Positions 45,714 to 54,808 of a DNA stretch of 64,000 nt are shown here, piece after piece. A model generated the notes under the pieces. It was given only the letters and a program-made list of their open reading frames with translations, was not told where the DNA came from and searched no databases. Made by a program: the position numbers and the translations under genes. Numbering within the stretch: position 1 is the first letter of the stretch; the number at the start of each line of letters is the position of its first letter. This DNA is from an uncultured Acidimicrobiaceae bacterium. GTDB taxonomy: Bacteria; Actinomycetota; Acidimicrobiia; Spongiisociales; UBA5794. The stretch lies in assembly GCA_964596225.1 (NCBI GenBank), contig CAZQUB010000001.1:8944-72943 (forward strand), written 5' to 3'.

Positions 45714-46859
45714 ATGCCAGGGTTCACAATCGCCGACGTCCAGGCGATGGTCGCGGCGGTGTCGGTGCCGATGCTCGTTGCCGATTACCGGCCTCTGATC
45801 GCCGCCTATGGCCACCTCAGCGTGGACGAGATCCGCGAGCGCCTCGCCGACGACGACGCGCTCCTGGCCGCGACGCTCCTTCTGGAACCCGTGGCGGCGA
45901 GTGATGCCTGGCTCCGGCTCTACGGGAATCCCATGTCCGACGCCGCCCCTTCCTTCGTCGAGCGCCGGCTCGATCTGGCGCGTTACCCGGACCTCAGGCA
46001 ATCGCTCATCCAGCAGGTCAGCGCCCCATTCGTCGGCGTCACGACCGTGATCCGGGAGCACGCTGCCCCGACCCTTGGTGGTCGCGACGTCATCGTGCGG
46101 TCGCACTGGCAGGCAACCGGGTCCGATGCCGACGACCGCTACGCCCGGATCGTGGTCGTCGACCTCGACGTCACCGATCTGCGTCGCGCCGAGCACGCTG
46201 CCCTCGACGCCGCCGAAGCCCAGTCGCGCCTCATCGGTTCGGTCAGCCACGAACTCCGCAACCCGATCACTTCGCTCGCCGGGTTCGCACGCCTGCTCGA
46301 CAGCGACTGGGACAGTCTCGACGACGAAACCCGGCGCGAGCTGGCCCGCAGCATGGCGGTGCAGGCCGAGGACGTCTCCGGCATCGTCGAGGATCTCGTC
46401 GCCGGAGCCGCGCTGGACCGATCGACCCTCCGGGTTGCCCACGAACCCGTGACCCTCGGCAATGTCCTCGCCGGTCTCGACCTCACCGACTACGAGGTGA
46501 AACTCGATCCTGATGCGAAGGTCTTGGGCGACTCGCTCCGCATCCGGCAGATCATCAGGAATCTCGTGAGCAACGCCGGCCGCTACGGAGGAGATCACCG
46601 TGCCCTCCACGCCGAGGTCGCCGGCGACATGCTCGTGGTCAAGGTCACCGACGACGGTCCCGGCATCACCCCCAAGGCCCGAGCCCACCTCTTCGAACCG
46701 TTCAATACCGGTACCGCGTCCGGCTCGATCGGCCTCGGCCTGCACATCTCGCGGGACTTGGCCCAAGCCATGGGCGGGGACCTTCGGGTCGATGACACTG
46801 CCGCCGACACCACCTTCGAGCTTCTGCTCCCTCTCTCCACTGCCTCGCCGTCCTCGTGA
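45714..46859 (+). CDS. Orphan cytoplasmic sensor histidine kinase (PAS-like N-terminal domain, HisKA, HATPase_c)
   Basis: The H-box is SHELRNPITSLAGF. The N and G boxes are NLVSNAGRYGG and DDGPGI...GLGLHISRDLAQAMGG. There are no TM segments. I placed the start at the internal Met MPGFTIADVQ, because the upstream 189 codons of track ORF 45147..46859 are Arg/Ser/Pro-rich out-of-frame sequence. Confidence 0.65.
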   Translation: MPGFTIADVQAMVAAVSVPMLVADYRPLIAAYGHLSVDEIRERLADDDALLAATLLLEPVAASDAWLRLYGNPMSDAAPSFVERRLDLARYPDLRQSLIQQVSAPFVGVTTVIREHAAPTLGGRDVIVRSHWQATGSDADDRYARIVVVDLDVTDLRRAEHAALDAAEAQSRLIGSVSHELRNPITSLAGFARLLDSDWDSLDDETRRELARSMAVQAEDVSGIVEDLVAGAALDRSTLRVAHEPVTLGNVLAGLDLTDYEVKLDPDAKVLGDSLRIRQIIRNLVSNAGRYGGDHRALHAEVAGDMLVVKVTDDGPGITPKARAHLFEPFNTGTASGSIGLGLHISRDLAQAMGGDLRVDDTAADTTFELLLPLSTASPSS

Positions 46860-47391
46860 ACGAGTAGCCGCCCAACCGACAACGGCGGAGCAATGTGACC
46901 GTCGGAACCGACCCGTCCGAGGACCGGCCAGCCGCGCTGGTGTGCCGGAGTTGGACCAGGGAGGCCACCACCTTGGGGCCTCCGGGAGCCCTCTCCCCCA
47001 CCCCCGTGGTTGTCGTCGACCTCGCGTCGCGATCTCTCGCCCGCCGTTCGCTTCGCGCGGTGCGCACCGCACTGAATGCCTGGCGCCGGTGGCTCGCGAA
47101 CACTGCGAGTCGAACCCTCCTTCACGTCGAACGTCCCCGTTGAGACCAGCTCTTTTGTCGTGACCGGTCTCGCGCCGGACGTTTCTGACCAGGCATCACC
47201 ACCGCCGAGACTCCGCTACACTGGATGCACATCGTGCGCGCCCAGCGCACAACGCCTGCTCCGCCTCCCGTTCCGTCCGGCGGAGTCACCGCATGACATC
47301 CGCGTTCCCGCCGACCTGACGGTCGGCCTCCGAAGGCCGATCAGGCGGGGCGTCTGCCCCCGACGGTTCGCAGCTTCGGAAGGAGCACGGC

Positions 47392-47646
47392 ATGTCCAGC
47401 AACATCTATGTAGGCAATCTCTCGTTCAACACGACTTCGACCGACCTCGAGCAGCTCTTCGCCCCCCACGGCGAGGTGCGCCGCGCCCAGGTCATCTCCG
47501 ACCGTGACACCGGCCGCTCCCGCGGTTTCGGGTTCGTCGAGATGGCCTCGGACGAGGCAGCCAAGTCCGCCATCGATGCCCTCAACGGCAAGGATCACGA
47601 CGGGCGCCAGCTCACGGTCAACGTCGCCAAAGAACGTTCCCGGTGA
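47392..47646 (+). CDS. RNA-binding protein with a single RRM (RNP-1/RNP-2) domain
   Basis: RNP-2 is IYVGNL, RNP-1 is RGFGFVEM, and the C-terminal tail is short. GGAAGGAG lies upstream of the ATG. Confidence 0.85.
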   Translation: MSSNIYVGNLSFNTTSTDLEQLFAPHGEVRRAQVISDRDTGRSRGFGFVEMASDEAAKSAIDALNGKDHDGRQLTVNVAKERSR

Positions 47647-47795
47647 GCGCAACGACGACGCGGGTCACCAACGCCAGTTACCTCCGGTGTGCCGAATGCG
47701 GCCATCCGCAGAGGGAGCACCGTTTCGATGATCAGTGCACGGTCCCGAAGTGCGGATGCGAAGACTACCGAGCTCCGGAGCCTGCTCCGAGCCGG

Positions 47796-49514
47796 TCAAA
47801 GGGCAGCTCCTCGAGCTGAGCTTCCGTCGATCCGGATCACGACGCCTTCGTCGGGTCGGAGTTCAAACGACGACCCAACGGGGGCGCCGTCGCGCTCCGG
47901 GTTGGTACCGACCGCGACCGCCCCGTTTCGCCCGAGGGAGAAGGTGACGGGTCGACTCGTGAAGTTGAGGGCGACGGCGAATCCGTCGCCCTCGGCGCGC
48001 CGGAGATAGGCGAGGACACCGTCGGGTGTGTCGCGGATCACCTCGTAGCCGCCGTATGACAACGCCGGCTCGGCGCGGCGGAGCGCCAGGAGCCGGCGGT
48101 ACAGATTCAGCATCGAGCCCGGGTCGCTCATCTCGGCGGCGACATTGAGACGTTCCGCTCCCGGCGTGAAGGGGAGCCACGGCTCGTCCGCCGTCGTGAA
48201 CCCGGCGCCCGGCTCCGCCGTCCACTGCATCGGGGTACGGCAGCCGTCCCGTCCCTGACCCGGAACCCTGATCCCCCATGGATCCTGCTCCCTTTCGGGT
48301 GGGACCTCCACCTGCGGCAGGCCGAGTTCGTCACCGTAGTAGATCGTTGGCGTGCCGCGCATGGTGAGGAGGAGCATGGCGGCGACCCGCGCCGCCGCGG
48401 ACCCGACCCGGCTCACGAGGCGTGGCTCGTCGTGGTTGCCGAGCACCTGATTCGGCCACGCCCATGGCGGAACGACTCGTTCCTGCGCGTCGATCCGATC
48501 CCGCACCGCGGCTGCGTTCCACGGCGTCCACACCAGCGAGAAGTTGAACGGCATGTGGAGTTCGTCGTCGGCGCCGTAGTAGGCGGCCCACCGCTCCCAG
48601 TCGAAGACGTGGATCTCCCCCACCGCGAACCGGTCGCCGTCATAGGAGTCGAGCAGTTCCCGCAGGCCGCGGAACACGCGATGAATGTCGGGATGGCCCT
48701 TGTCGTAGATGTGGCGCAGCGAGTCGTAGTCCCCGAGCGACTTGAAGAGCCGGGGTTCGTCCGGATCGGCGCCCGGTTCGTCCCGCAGTTGGGGGTCCTT
48801 CATGAGGTAGTGGGCCACGTCGATGCGGAAGCCGTCGACGCCCCGGTCGAGCCAGAACCGCAGTGTGTCGAACATCGCCGCCTGCACCTCGGGGTTGCGC
48901 CAGTTGAGGTCCGGCTGGGCCGGCAGGAACGAATGCAGGTAGTACTGGCCGGTGTGGTCGTCCCATTCCCAAGCCACGTCTCCGAACACCGACAGCCAGT
49001 TGTTCGGCGGCGCGCCGTCGTCCTTGGGATCGGCCCACACGTACCAGTCCCGCTTCGGGTCGTTGCGGGAGGAGCGGGACGCCCGGAACCATGGATGCTG
49101 GTCCGAGGTGTGGTTCGGCACCCAATCGATGATGATCCGGAGGCCCCGCCGGTGGCAGGAGGCGACGAGTTCATCGAAGTCGGCCAGGGTGCCGAACCTC
49201 GGGTCGACGTCGCAGTAGTCGGCGATGTCGTAGCCGAAATCGGCCATCGGGGACGGGTAGAACGGCGAGATCCAGACGGTGTCGACGCCGAGGGTGTCGC
49301 TCAGGTGATCGAGACGGCTCGTGATCCCGGGGAGGTCTCCGACCCCGTTACCGGTCGTGTCATGGAAGCTGCGGGGGTACACCTGGTAGATGACGCCCAT
49401 CGCAAGTGCGACACGGGCCGATTCTCCGAGGCCGAGGCGGCGCGCTTCGGCCTTCCCTGCTTCGCTGCTCCACCACCGGGCCGGACGGGCCGCATGCTCG
49501 CTCATGGGTCGCAT
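47796..49514 (-). CDS. GH13 alpha-glucosidase / oligo-1,6-glucosidase family
   Basis: It has QVYPRSF, GDLPGI, the catalytic nucleophile region GVDGFRIDVAHY, the acid/base EIH, and FNFSL. Confidence 0.85.
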   Translation of the reverse strand: MRPMSEHAARPARWWSSEAGKAEARRLGLGESARVALAMGVIYQVYPRSFHDTTGNGVGDLPGITSRLDHLSDTLGVDTVWISPFYPSPMADFGYDIADYCDVDPRFGTLADFDELVASCHRRGLRIIIDWVPNHTSDQHPWFRASRSSRNDPKRDWYVWADPKDDGAPPNNWLSVFGDVAWEWDDHTGQYYLHSFLPAQPDLNWRNPEVQAAMFDTLRFWLDRGVDGFRIDVAHYLMKDPQLRDEPGADPDEPRLFKSLGDYDSLRHIYDKGHPDIHRVFRGLRELLDSYDGDRFAVGEIHVFDWERWAAYYGADDELHMPFNFSLVWTPWNAAAVRDRIDAQERVVPPWAWPNQVLGNHDEPRLVSRVGSAAARVAAMLLLTMRGTPTIYYGDELGLPQVEVPPEREQDPWGIRVPGQGRDGCRTPMQWTAEPGAGFTTADEPWLPFTPGAERLNVAAEMSDPGSMLNLYRRLLALRRAEPALSYGGYEVIRDTPDGVLAYLRRAEGDGFAVALNFTSRPVTFSLGRNGAVAVGTNPERDGAPVGSSFELRPDEGVVIRIDGSSARGAAL

Positions 49515-49824
49515 ACTGCCCGCGGCGCGGCCGAGCCGCCAGGGGCGTCAGGCCGCCGGGCCGAGGCCGGTGACGTCGCAGAGAGGGATCGACTCGGTCC
49601 GCCTGGCGTGGCGAAGGAGGATGGCACGGTCACCGTGCGGCGCCTCCATCCCGAGGTACTCGCCGGTCGTACTCCCGCGAGACGTGGTCGCGCGATAGCT
49701 GGCACCGCGCCGGAGGTGGTTGAGGTTCCATGCCACGTTCGGGCATGGAGAATGTGAGGTGTTCATGGATGTCTCGTTTCGCCGGGCTCGGTGCCCGGAT
49801 CGTTCTGGTCGAAGGTCGGTTCGG

Positions 49825-51330
49825 TCAGCGTCGTGACCGGGGTCGGGCGAGCCGGACCGTGAGGTCGCGGCCCCCGAGGCTGGCCCCATGCAGGGCTGCG
49901 ACCGCGCTGTGGGCGGCGGGGGTGGGCATGTCGACGAACCCGAACCCCTTGGAGCGCCCGGTGCGGCGGTCGGTGATGACGGTGGCCTGGTGCACGGCGC
50001 CGTGGCGGGCGAAGAGGTCCTGCACCTCGCCGGCGGTGATGTCCCACGGGAGATTCGCCACGTAGACGCTGAGTCGCTCTCCCCCATTGGCGGTCGCCGT
50101 CCTCGTGTCGCGCCGGGAATCGCCGCCTCGTTTCGGCGCCGGACGGGACGGGGCGCTCGGCCGCCGCCCACGTTCGGGGGCGACGTCACCGATTTCGTGT
50201 CCGCCGCCGTCGAGGTCCTGCATCGAGGGTGGATCGATGGGGGCCCGGAGCCCGAGGTGCTGCTGTATGCGCTGCACGTCGCGCCGTTGCGCCCCGGTCA
50301 CCAGGCTGACGACGTTGCCGGCGGCGCCGGCCCGTGCGGTCCGCCCGGAGCGGTGCAGGTAGTCCTTGGCGTCGGCCGGCGGGTCGAAGTGGACAACGGC
50401 GGCGACCGCGTCGACGTGGATGCCGCGTGCCGCCACATCGGTGGCGATCAGGGCCTGGGCCCGTCCCGAGGAGAACGACTGCAGGGCCCGGTCGCGCTGG
50501 CTCTGTGAGCGTCCGCCGTGCATGGCGACGGCCTCGATGCCTTCATTGGCGAGCTGGCGGGCCAGCCGGTCGGCGCCATGACGGGTGCGGGTGAACACGA
50601 TGGACCGTCCGGCGGCGTCGACGAGTTCGGCGGTGTGCCGGACCCGGTCGGCGTGGTCCACCAGCCAGAAGTGGTGGCGGGCGTCGATGGTGTCGGCGTC
50701 GACGGTGCCTGCCTCGTGCCGGACCGGATCGTGCTGGTAGTCGCGGCTGAGAACGGCGATGTCGCCGTCGAGGGTGGCCGAGAACAGCAGCGTCTGGCGG
50801 CGCTCGGCGGTGCGGTCGAGGATGCGGCGCACCGCGGGCAGGAAGCCCATGTCGGCCATCCGATCGGCCTCGTCGACGACGACGAAGTCGACCTCGTCGA
50901 GGTCGAGGGAGCCCTGTTCGATGAGGTCCTCGAGACGCCCCGGCGTGGCGACGAGGACGTCGACGCCATTGCGCAGCGCCGTCTTCTGGGGTCCGTAGCC
51001 GACGCCTCCGTAGACGGCCGTCACGGAGCGGTGCACGGCCCGGGCCAGCGGGGCCAGCTCGGTCTTGATCTGGGCGGCGAGTTCCCGGGTCGGTGCCAGG
51101 ACCAGCGCCCGGGGCCGGTAGCGGCCCGCCCGATCGATCCGGGTGAGGAGGGGAAGCCCGAAGGCGAGGGTCTTGCCGGACCCGGTCGGTGCCTTGCCGG
51201 AGACGTCCCGGCCTTCGAGGGCGTCGGGGATGGTGGCGGCCTGGATGGGGAAGGGCTCGGTGATGCCGCCCTTGGCGAGGGCGGAGACGAGCGGATCGGG
51301 CAGCCCGAGTTGGGCGAAGGTGGGTGACAT
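49825..51330 (-). CDS. DEAD-box ATP-dependent RNA helicase with a C-terminal canonical RRM domain
   Basis: The helicase core shows the Q-motif FAQLGL...PFPIQ and motifs I APTGSGKT, Ia, II DEAD, III SAT and VI HRSGRTAR. The C-terminal 85 aa is LSVYVANLPWDITAGEVQDLFARHGAVHQATVITDRRTGRSKGFGFVDM, which carries RNP-2 and RNP-1. I placed the start at the internal Met MSPTFAQLGL. Confidence 0.85.
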   Translation of the reverse strand: MSPTFAQLGLPDPLVSALAKGGITEPFPIQAATIPDALEGRDVSGKAPTGSGKTLAFGLPLLTRIDRAGRYRPRALVLAPTRELAAQIKTELAPLARAVHRSVTAVYGGVGYGPQKTALRNGVDVLVATPGRLEDLIEQGSLDLDEVDFVVVDEADRMADMGFLPAVRRILDRTAERRQTLLFSATLDGDIAVLSRDYQHDPVRHEAGTVDADTIDARHHFWLVDHADRVRHTAELVDAAGRSIVFTRTRHGADRLARQLANEGIEAVAMHGGRSQSQRDRALQSFSSGRAQALIATDVAARGIHVDAVAAVVHFDPPADAKDYLHRSGRTARAGAAGNVVSLVTGAQRRDVQRIQQHLGLRAPIDPPSMQDLDGGGHEIGDVAPERGRRPSAPSRPAPKRGGDSRRDTRTATANGGERLSVYVANLPWDITAGEVQDLFARHGAVHQATVITDRRTGRSKGFGFVDMPTPAAHSAVAALHGASLGGRDLTVRLARPRSRR

Positions 51331-51579
51331 GATGACTCCTGGCCCCATTGGGGGCGATGTTGGTTGGATTGTGCCGATGTCTCGCTCGACCATGCGGCGT
51401 CATTCGCCTGTGGGATCGAGAATCGGCCGAAGAGGCGGTCCAACCGGGTGAGAACCTGGGCCGTGTGACTACCGGGGAAGCGATGGTTCGCTGGCCTCCA
51501 CCCGGTGCGGCGGGCGGAACGCTAGCAGGGTTGGCGCGCCTCGGAGGCGATTCCTGCGGCGGGGCCCGATCACCGCCGC

Positions 51580-52020
51580 CTACCGGGTGCCTTCCGCCCG
51601 CGCCTTGGCGGCGGCGAGGCCGGCCTCGATGGCGGAGTCGAGCCTCCGCTGCATGGAGCGGCGCAGCAGTCTCGGCAGGAGCCCGGTCCAGGATTCCTCG
51701 GTGCTGAGGGTGACGTGGTCGTCGCCGGCTTCGATGTGCCAGATGTGGACCGCTCCGATGCCCATGGTGCTTCCCCGCCAGGCGATGGTGCGGGGCGGGT
51801 CGACCTGGAGCAGCGTGGACCGGATGGTCCCGGGACCGGCTTTCCAGGTGAACTGGGTGCCGGCCATCAGCGGACCGTCCAACCGGGCGGTGGTGACGTC
51901 CGGGTTCCATTCCGGCCAGCGGGCGATGTCACTGATCGTGGCCCACACCGTCTCCGGCGAGGCATCGATCGTGACCGAGCCGCGGGAGATGACGGGGGCT
52001 TCTTCGACGATGGAGGTCAT
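51580..52020 (-). CDS. SRPBCC (polyketide cyclase/START-like) family protein
   Basis: It is 146 aa and shows the Polyketide_cyc2 pattern (WATISDIARWPEWNP...TIAWRG). Confidence 0.7.
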   Translation of the reverse strand: MTSIVEEAPVISRGSVTIDASPETVWATISDIARWPEWNPDVTTARLDGPLMAGTQFTWKAGPGTIRSTLLQVDPPRTIAWRGSTMGIGAVHIWHIEAGDDHVTLSTEESWTGLLPRLLRRSMQRRLDSAIEAGLAAAKARAEGTR

Positions 52021-52051
52021 GGTCGTTCCCTTCGAGACGTGCCGTGCGGCG

Positions 52052-52633
52052 CTATCCCATGCGTCCGGCGACGATGGTGGCGAGTTGGGTGGTGGCGTCG
52101 AGCACGTTCCCAGGTCCGGCCGGAATGTAGGCCACCTGGACGTACCGACCGCCGATCTCCATCCCGATCAGGCTCCCCTCCTCGGTGGCGTAGGCCTGCG
52201 TCGCACCGGGGACGGTCACGCTCACCAGCGTGAAGGCGGAGGCGCTGCCTTCCTTGGATGGCTGGTACGGCCAGTCGGAGACGAGCACCTGGGCGGTGGC
52301 GAAGGCGTCCCCGGAGGAGATCCAATCGCAGATGCTCTGGTGTTCGCCGGAGAGATCGGCGTTGTAGGTGCCGTCGGCGAAGGGGAGACCGGTCGCGGTC
52401 TGGAGTTCCTCGGTCGTCAGCAGCATGCAGTCGGAGCCGGACCCGGCCGTCGCGGCCGAGGTCGTGGTCTCCGGGTCGGGTTCGGTGGCGACTGTGGAGG
52501 TCGTTTCGGCCTCCCCTGCCGTGGTCGAACCGATCGTCGTCGTCGTGTCGGCGGCCGACGTGCCGTCACCTCCCGAGCAAGCCGCCATCAGCACGCTCAC
52601 GGCCGCGACCACCAGGATCCACCGTCGCATCAT
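52052..52633 (-). CDS. Lipoprotein (Thr-rich linker followed by a globular domain)
   Basis: It has a signal peptide plus lipobox (VLMAACSG) and a Thr/Ser-rich stretch. It resembles DUF3558-like lipoproteins. Confidence 0.6.
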   Translation of the reverse strand: MMRRWILVVAAVSVLMAACSGGDGTSAADTTTTIGSTTAGEAETTSTVATEPDPETTTSAATAGSGSDCMLLTTEELQTATGLPFADGTYNADLSGEHQSICDWISSGDAFATAQVLVSDWPYQPSKEGSASAFTLVSVTVPGATQAYATEEGSLIGMEIGGRYVQVAYIPAGPGNVLDATTQLATIVAGRMG

Positions 52634-52781
52634 CGTTGCTCCCTCTCGGTTCCACGAGGGTCTTCCGAGCGCCGGAGCGGGCGTTCGGGAGGGCCGCTCG
52701 GCTCCCTTCCCAAGAGCGATTCGATGCTACGCGTGTCGCCGTCCCTACGATGACGGAATCTCGCCCGAGTGAGGAGGCGAC

Positions 52782-53057
52782 ATGAGCAGCATCGACGTGA
52801 CCGCCGTCGGAGACGGCCGCTACCGGGTCGAGGTGGCGGACGGCGCAGGGGTGAGCCGTCACGAGGTGACCGCCTCGTCCACCGACGTGGACCGGTTCGG
52901 TGGCGGCGTCGCGGCGGAGCAGTTGATCGCGGCGTCGTTCGAGTTCCTGCTGGAACGGGAGCCGAAGGAGTCGATCCTGTCGCGCTTCGACCTGCCGGTG
53001 ATCGGCCGCTACTTCCCCGAGTACGAGCGGGAGATCCGTTCCCGTCTCGACGCCTGA
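52782..53057 (+). CDS. Hypothetical small protein (91 aa)
   Basis: GAGGAGG lies 6 nt upstream of the ATG. The composition is balanced. No homology was recognised. Confidence 0.45.
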   Translation: MSSIDVTAVGDGRYRVEVADGAGVSRHEVTASSTDVDRFGGGVAAEQLIAASFEFLLEREPKESILSRFDLPVIGRYFPEYEREIRSRLDA

Positions 53058-53152
53058 GGCCGTCTGACAGTCGACCCCACCGGGGGCCGGCGCGGTGCGA
53101 GAATGGAGCGCAACGACGCTCGGCCCCGATCGCGACACGGAGGTCATCCCTC

Positions 53153-53617
53153 GTGGAGATCACCCAGTGCACCAAGGCGGATTTCGACCAGATCCTGCGT
53201 GACATCGTCGACTTCTGGGGCAACGACCGCACCCTCCCCCTTCACCACCCGTTCCTGGTCTACGAGTTCGGGGACACCGCGTTCGTGATGAAGGACGACG
53301 GCACGGTCGTCGCCTACCTGTTCGGCTTCTTCTCCCCCACCGAGCCGGTCGCCTACGTGCACCTCATCGGGGTGCGCCGGGCCCACCAACGCGAGGGGCT
53401 CGGCAGCCACCTCTACGCCCACTTCATGAACCTGGCCCGGGCCCGCAAGTGCACCGCCATGAAGGCGGTCACCACCCCCGACAACGCCCAGTCGATCGCC
53501 TTCCACCGCCGGCTCGGGATGCAGCTCCTCGGCGAGCCGAACGAGCGTGGCATCCCCGTGGTGCGGGACTACAGCGGCCCCGGTGAGGACCGGGTCGTCT
53601 TCCACGCCCCGCTCTAG
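53153..53617 (+). CDS. GNAT family N-acetyltransferase
   Basis: The GTG start follows GGAGG. The acetyl-CoA binding motif is IGVRRAHQREGLGSHL (R/Q-x2-G-x-G/A). Confidence 0.7.
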   Translation: MEITQCTKADFDQILRDIVDFWGNDRTLPLHHPFLVYEFGDTAFVMKDDGTVVAYLFGFFSPTEPVAYVHLIGVRRAHQREGLGSHLYAHFMNLARARKCTAMKAVTTPDNAQSIAFHRRLGMQLLGEPNERGIPVVRDYSGPGEDRVVFHAPL

Positions 53618-53641
53618 TGTCACGGGGCACGACTCGGTGCC

Positions 53642-54802
53642 TCAGGCCGCACGGCGCAGGATGTCGAGGCCGATCTCGTCGATCTCGTAGTAGCTGTTGG
53701 TGAGCACGACCACCCCGGTCTGGGTGTCCTCGACGAACCCGGCGTAGCACCAGTAGCCGCCGGTGGCGCCGTGCTGCTCGACGATCTCGGGGCCTGCCTC
53801 GGTACGGATGTGCCAGCCGAGGCCGACGCTGAACGAGTCGTCCATGAGGTGACGCCGGATGTGGGTGGCCTCCATCGCGGGGGCGAGGTCGGTCTCGATC
53901 AGCCCGACGTTGGCGGCAAGGAACGTCACCATGTCCCGGGCCGTGGAGCGCAGGTTGCCGGCGCCCGCCAAGGTCGGGTTGTCCCACAGCGGAAGTTGCT
54001 CTCCGTGCCGGTAGCCGGTGGCGAGACGCTGCCGCATTCCGGCCGACAGGGTGGAGCGGGTGTCGGGCATGCCGAGGGGATCGGTGATGCGAGTGATCAC
54101 CATCTGTTCGTAGTCCAGTCCGCTGCGAAGGGAGAGGAGCTGCCCGAGCAGCCCGAAGCCCAGGTTGGAGTACTCATAGGCTGACCCGGGATCTCGGGTC
54201 AGCACCACATCGGACAGTGCTTGGTAGAGCTGCTCCACGGTGTAGTCGGCGTAGGGTCGCAGCTCGTCGGCCGGGGCGAAGTTGTCGGGCATGGCAGGCA
54301 GGCCGGAGGTGTGCGTCGCCAGATCGGCCAGGGTGATGGAATGGCCGTCGTGGGTCGGTGCGGTGACACCCTGGGGCAGGTAGTCCTCGATGGGGTCGCT
54401 CAAGGAGACCTCGCCCTGCTCCGCCATGTCGGCGAGCAGCAACCCGGTGAAGGCCTTGCCGGTCGACCCGATCTCGAAGACGGTGTCCTCGTCGACCGGG
54501 TCCCCGCCCGCCTCCGTCGTCGAGCCGTAGCTGTAGAACTCGGTCCCGCACGGGCTCACGACGCCGACCACGATCCCGACGCTGTAGCCCTGGTCGACTT
54601 CCCGACGGACCGCGTCCCGGGCGCTTTTGGGGATCAGGTCACATTCCGGCGCCTGCGTCGTGGTGGAGGCGGGCGCCGTCGTGGTTGGTGCGGCCGTCGT
54701 GGTGGTCGTCGACGTGGTGGTGGTCACGGGCTCGGCGTCCGAGCAAGAGGCGACGAGGATCAGCAGCGCCGCGAGTCCGATGGGTATGGCGCGGAGCCTC
54801 AT
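53642..54802 (-). CDS. Serine hydrolase, beta-lactamase/transpeptidase-like (class C family), lipoprotein
   Basis: It has a signal peptide plus lipobox (LVASCS), a Thr-rich linker, the SxxK motif STGKAF, YSN, and a C-terminal HGATGGY triad element. Confidence 0.8.
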   Translation of the reverse strand: MRLRAIPIGLAALLILVASCSDAEPVTTTTSTTTTTAAPTTTAPASTTTQAPECDLIPKSARDAVRREVDQGYSVGIVVGVVSPCGTEFYSYGSTTEAGGDPVDEDTVFEIGSTGKAFTGLLLADMAEQGEVSLSDPIEDYLPQGVTAPTHDGHSITLADLATHTSGLPAMPDNFAPADELRPYADYTVEQLYQALSDVVLTRDPGSAYEYSNLGFGLLGQLLSLRSGLDYEQMVITRITDPLGMPDTRSTLSAGMRQRLATGYRHGEQLPLWDNPTLAGAGNLRSTARDMVTFLAANVGLIETDLAPAMEATHIRRHLMDDSFSVGLGWHIRTEAGPEIVEQHGATGGYWCYAGFVEDTQTGVVVLTNSYYEIDEIGLDILRRAA

Positions 54803-54808
54803 GGCCCG

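Noticed and set aside
45684-47125. Minus-strand ORFs 45684..47072 (462 aa) and 46595..47125
   Set aside because: They are antisense to the orphan histidine kinase and its downstream leader. G/R-rich with no homology.
49515-49824. Inverted repeat CCATGCC-N7-GGCATGG downstream of the helicase gene as an intrinsic terminator
   Set aside because: A stem is present, but no U-tract follows on the transcribed (minus) strand. It is probably not a canonical terminator.
50543-51910. 455 aa minus-strand ORF and 269 aa plus-strand ORF (50518..51327) overlapping the DEAD-box helicase
   Set aside because: They are alternate frames of the helicase gene (R/P/G-rich). The helicase frame carries all conserved motifs.
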